Origin: Hypanus sabinus
Taxonomy: Eukaryota
DNA: 64,000 bases
Reading direction: 5' to 3'
Assembly: GCF_030144855.1 (NCBI RefSeq)
Contig: NC_082717.1
Coordinates: 64,170,001-64,234,000, forward strand
A program made the translations under genes and the position numbers. The notes beneath the pieces were generated by a model. That model had not been told where the DNA came from, ran no database searches, and saw nothing but the letters and a program-made list of their open reading frames with translations. Positions within the stretch are counted from its first letter, which is position 1; each line of letters opens with the position of its first letter. This document shows positions 63,566-64,000 of this stretch, in pieces.

Positions 63566-64000
63566 AATATGGAGTTCAATCTGGACAAGTGTGAGGTGAT
63601 GCATTTTGGAAGGACAAACCAGAAGACTGAGTACAGGATTAATGGTCAGTTACTTAAGACTGTGGATGAACAAAGGGACCTTGGGGTTCAAATCCATATA
63701 TCCCTCAAGGTTGCTGCACAGGTTGATAGGGTAGTTAAGAAGGCCTATGGGATGCTAGGCTTCATTAATAGGGGGATTGAGTTCAAGAGTACAGATTGAG
63801 TTCAAGAGTAGAGAGGTCATGTTGCAACTCTACAAATCTCTGGTGAGACCGCACTTAGAGTATTCTGTTCAATTCTGGTCACCTCATTGTAGGAAGGATG
63901 TGGAAGCTATGGAGAGGGTACAGAGGAGATTTACCAGGATGTTGCCTGGCTTGGAGAACAAGTCATATGAAGCAAGATTAGCAGAGCTGGGACTTTTCTC
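63566..64000 (+). mobile_element. Younger CR1 fragment running off the window end
   Basis: MEFNLDKCEVMHFG..QRDLGV..LVRPHLEY..QRRFTRMLPG. Confidence 0.9.

Noticed and set aside
63775-63810. 17-bp near-tandem duplication in a CR1 (and a 15-bp one at 1414-1453)
   Set aside because: Ordinary local duplications inside dead elements.
52340-64000. Upstream utrophin exon (DMD exon 74 homolog, ..ERGELERI..DLEEE)
   Set aside because: Not found by eye; presumably beyond the window.

Overview
Repeat-rich vertebrate genomic DNA. The repeat families (CR1, Rex1/Babar, HE1-type SINEs, Penelope fragments) suggest a cartilaginous fish, probably a ray; this is inference. The one host gene is the 3' end of a dystrophin-family gene on the minus strand, best read as utrophin (UTRN). 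Three phase-compatible coding exons lie at 52339-52102, 38590-38482 and 18074-17988, and a terminal exon/3'UTR at about 14587-13410. Earlier exons lie beyond 64000. The 3'UTR carries a let-7 8mer site with extended let-7c-type 3' pairing, three miR-1/206 sites and two AATAAA signals. The C-terminal micro-exon and stop codon are unresolved. A 4.5-kb G-rich, CpG-rich 62/63-bp minisatellite (about 72.5 units, with higher-order variant patterning) sits in a UTRN intron and accounts for the three roughly 1500-aa ORFs. The rest is nested mobile-element debris. Notable pieces are a Gypsy fragment lacking its 5' LTR and flanked by a 61-bp duplication, Tigger, hAT, Harbinger and Tc1 remnants, a near-full-length CR1, Penelope fragments with decayed hammerhead cores, and a 31-bp templated insertion between neighbouring elements. 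I found no convincing new multi-gene system. Comparisons to human sequences and repeat consensuses are from memory and need alignment; most repeat boundaries are approximate.
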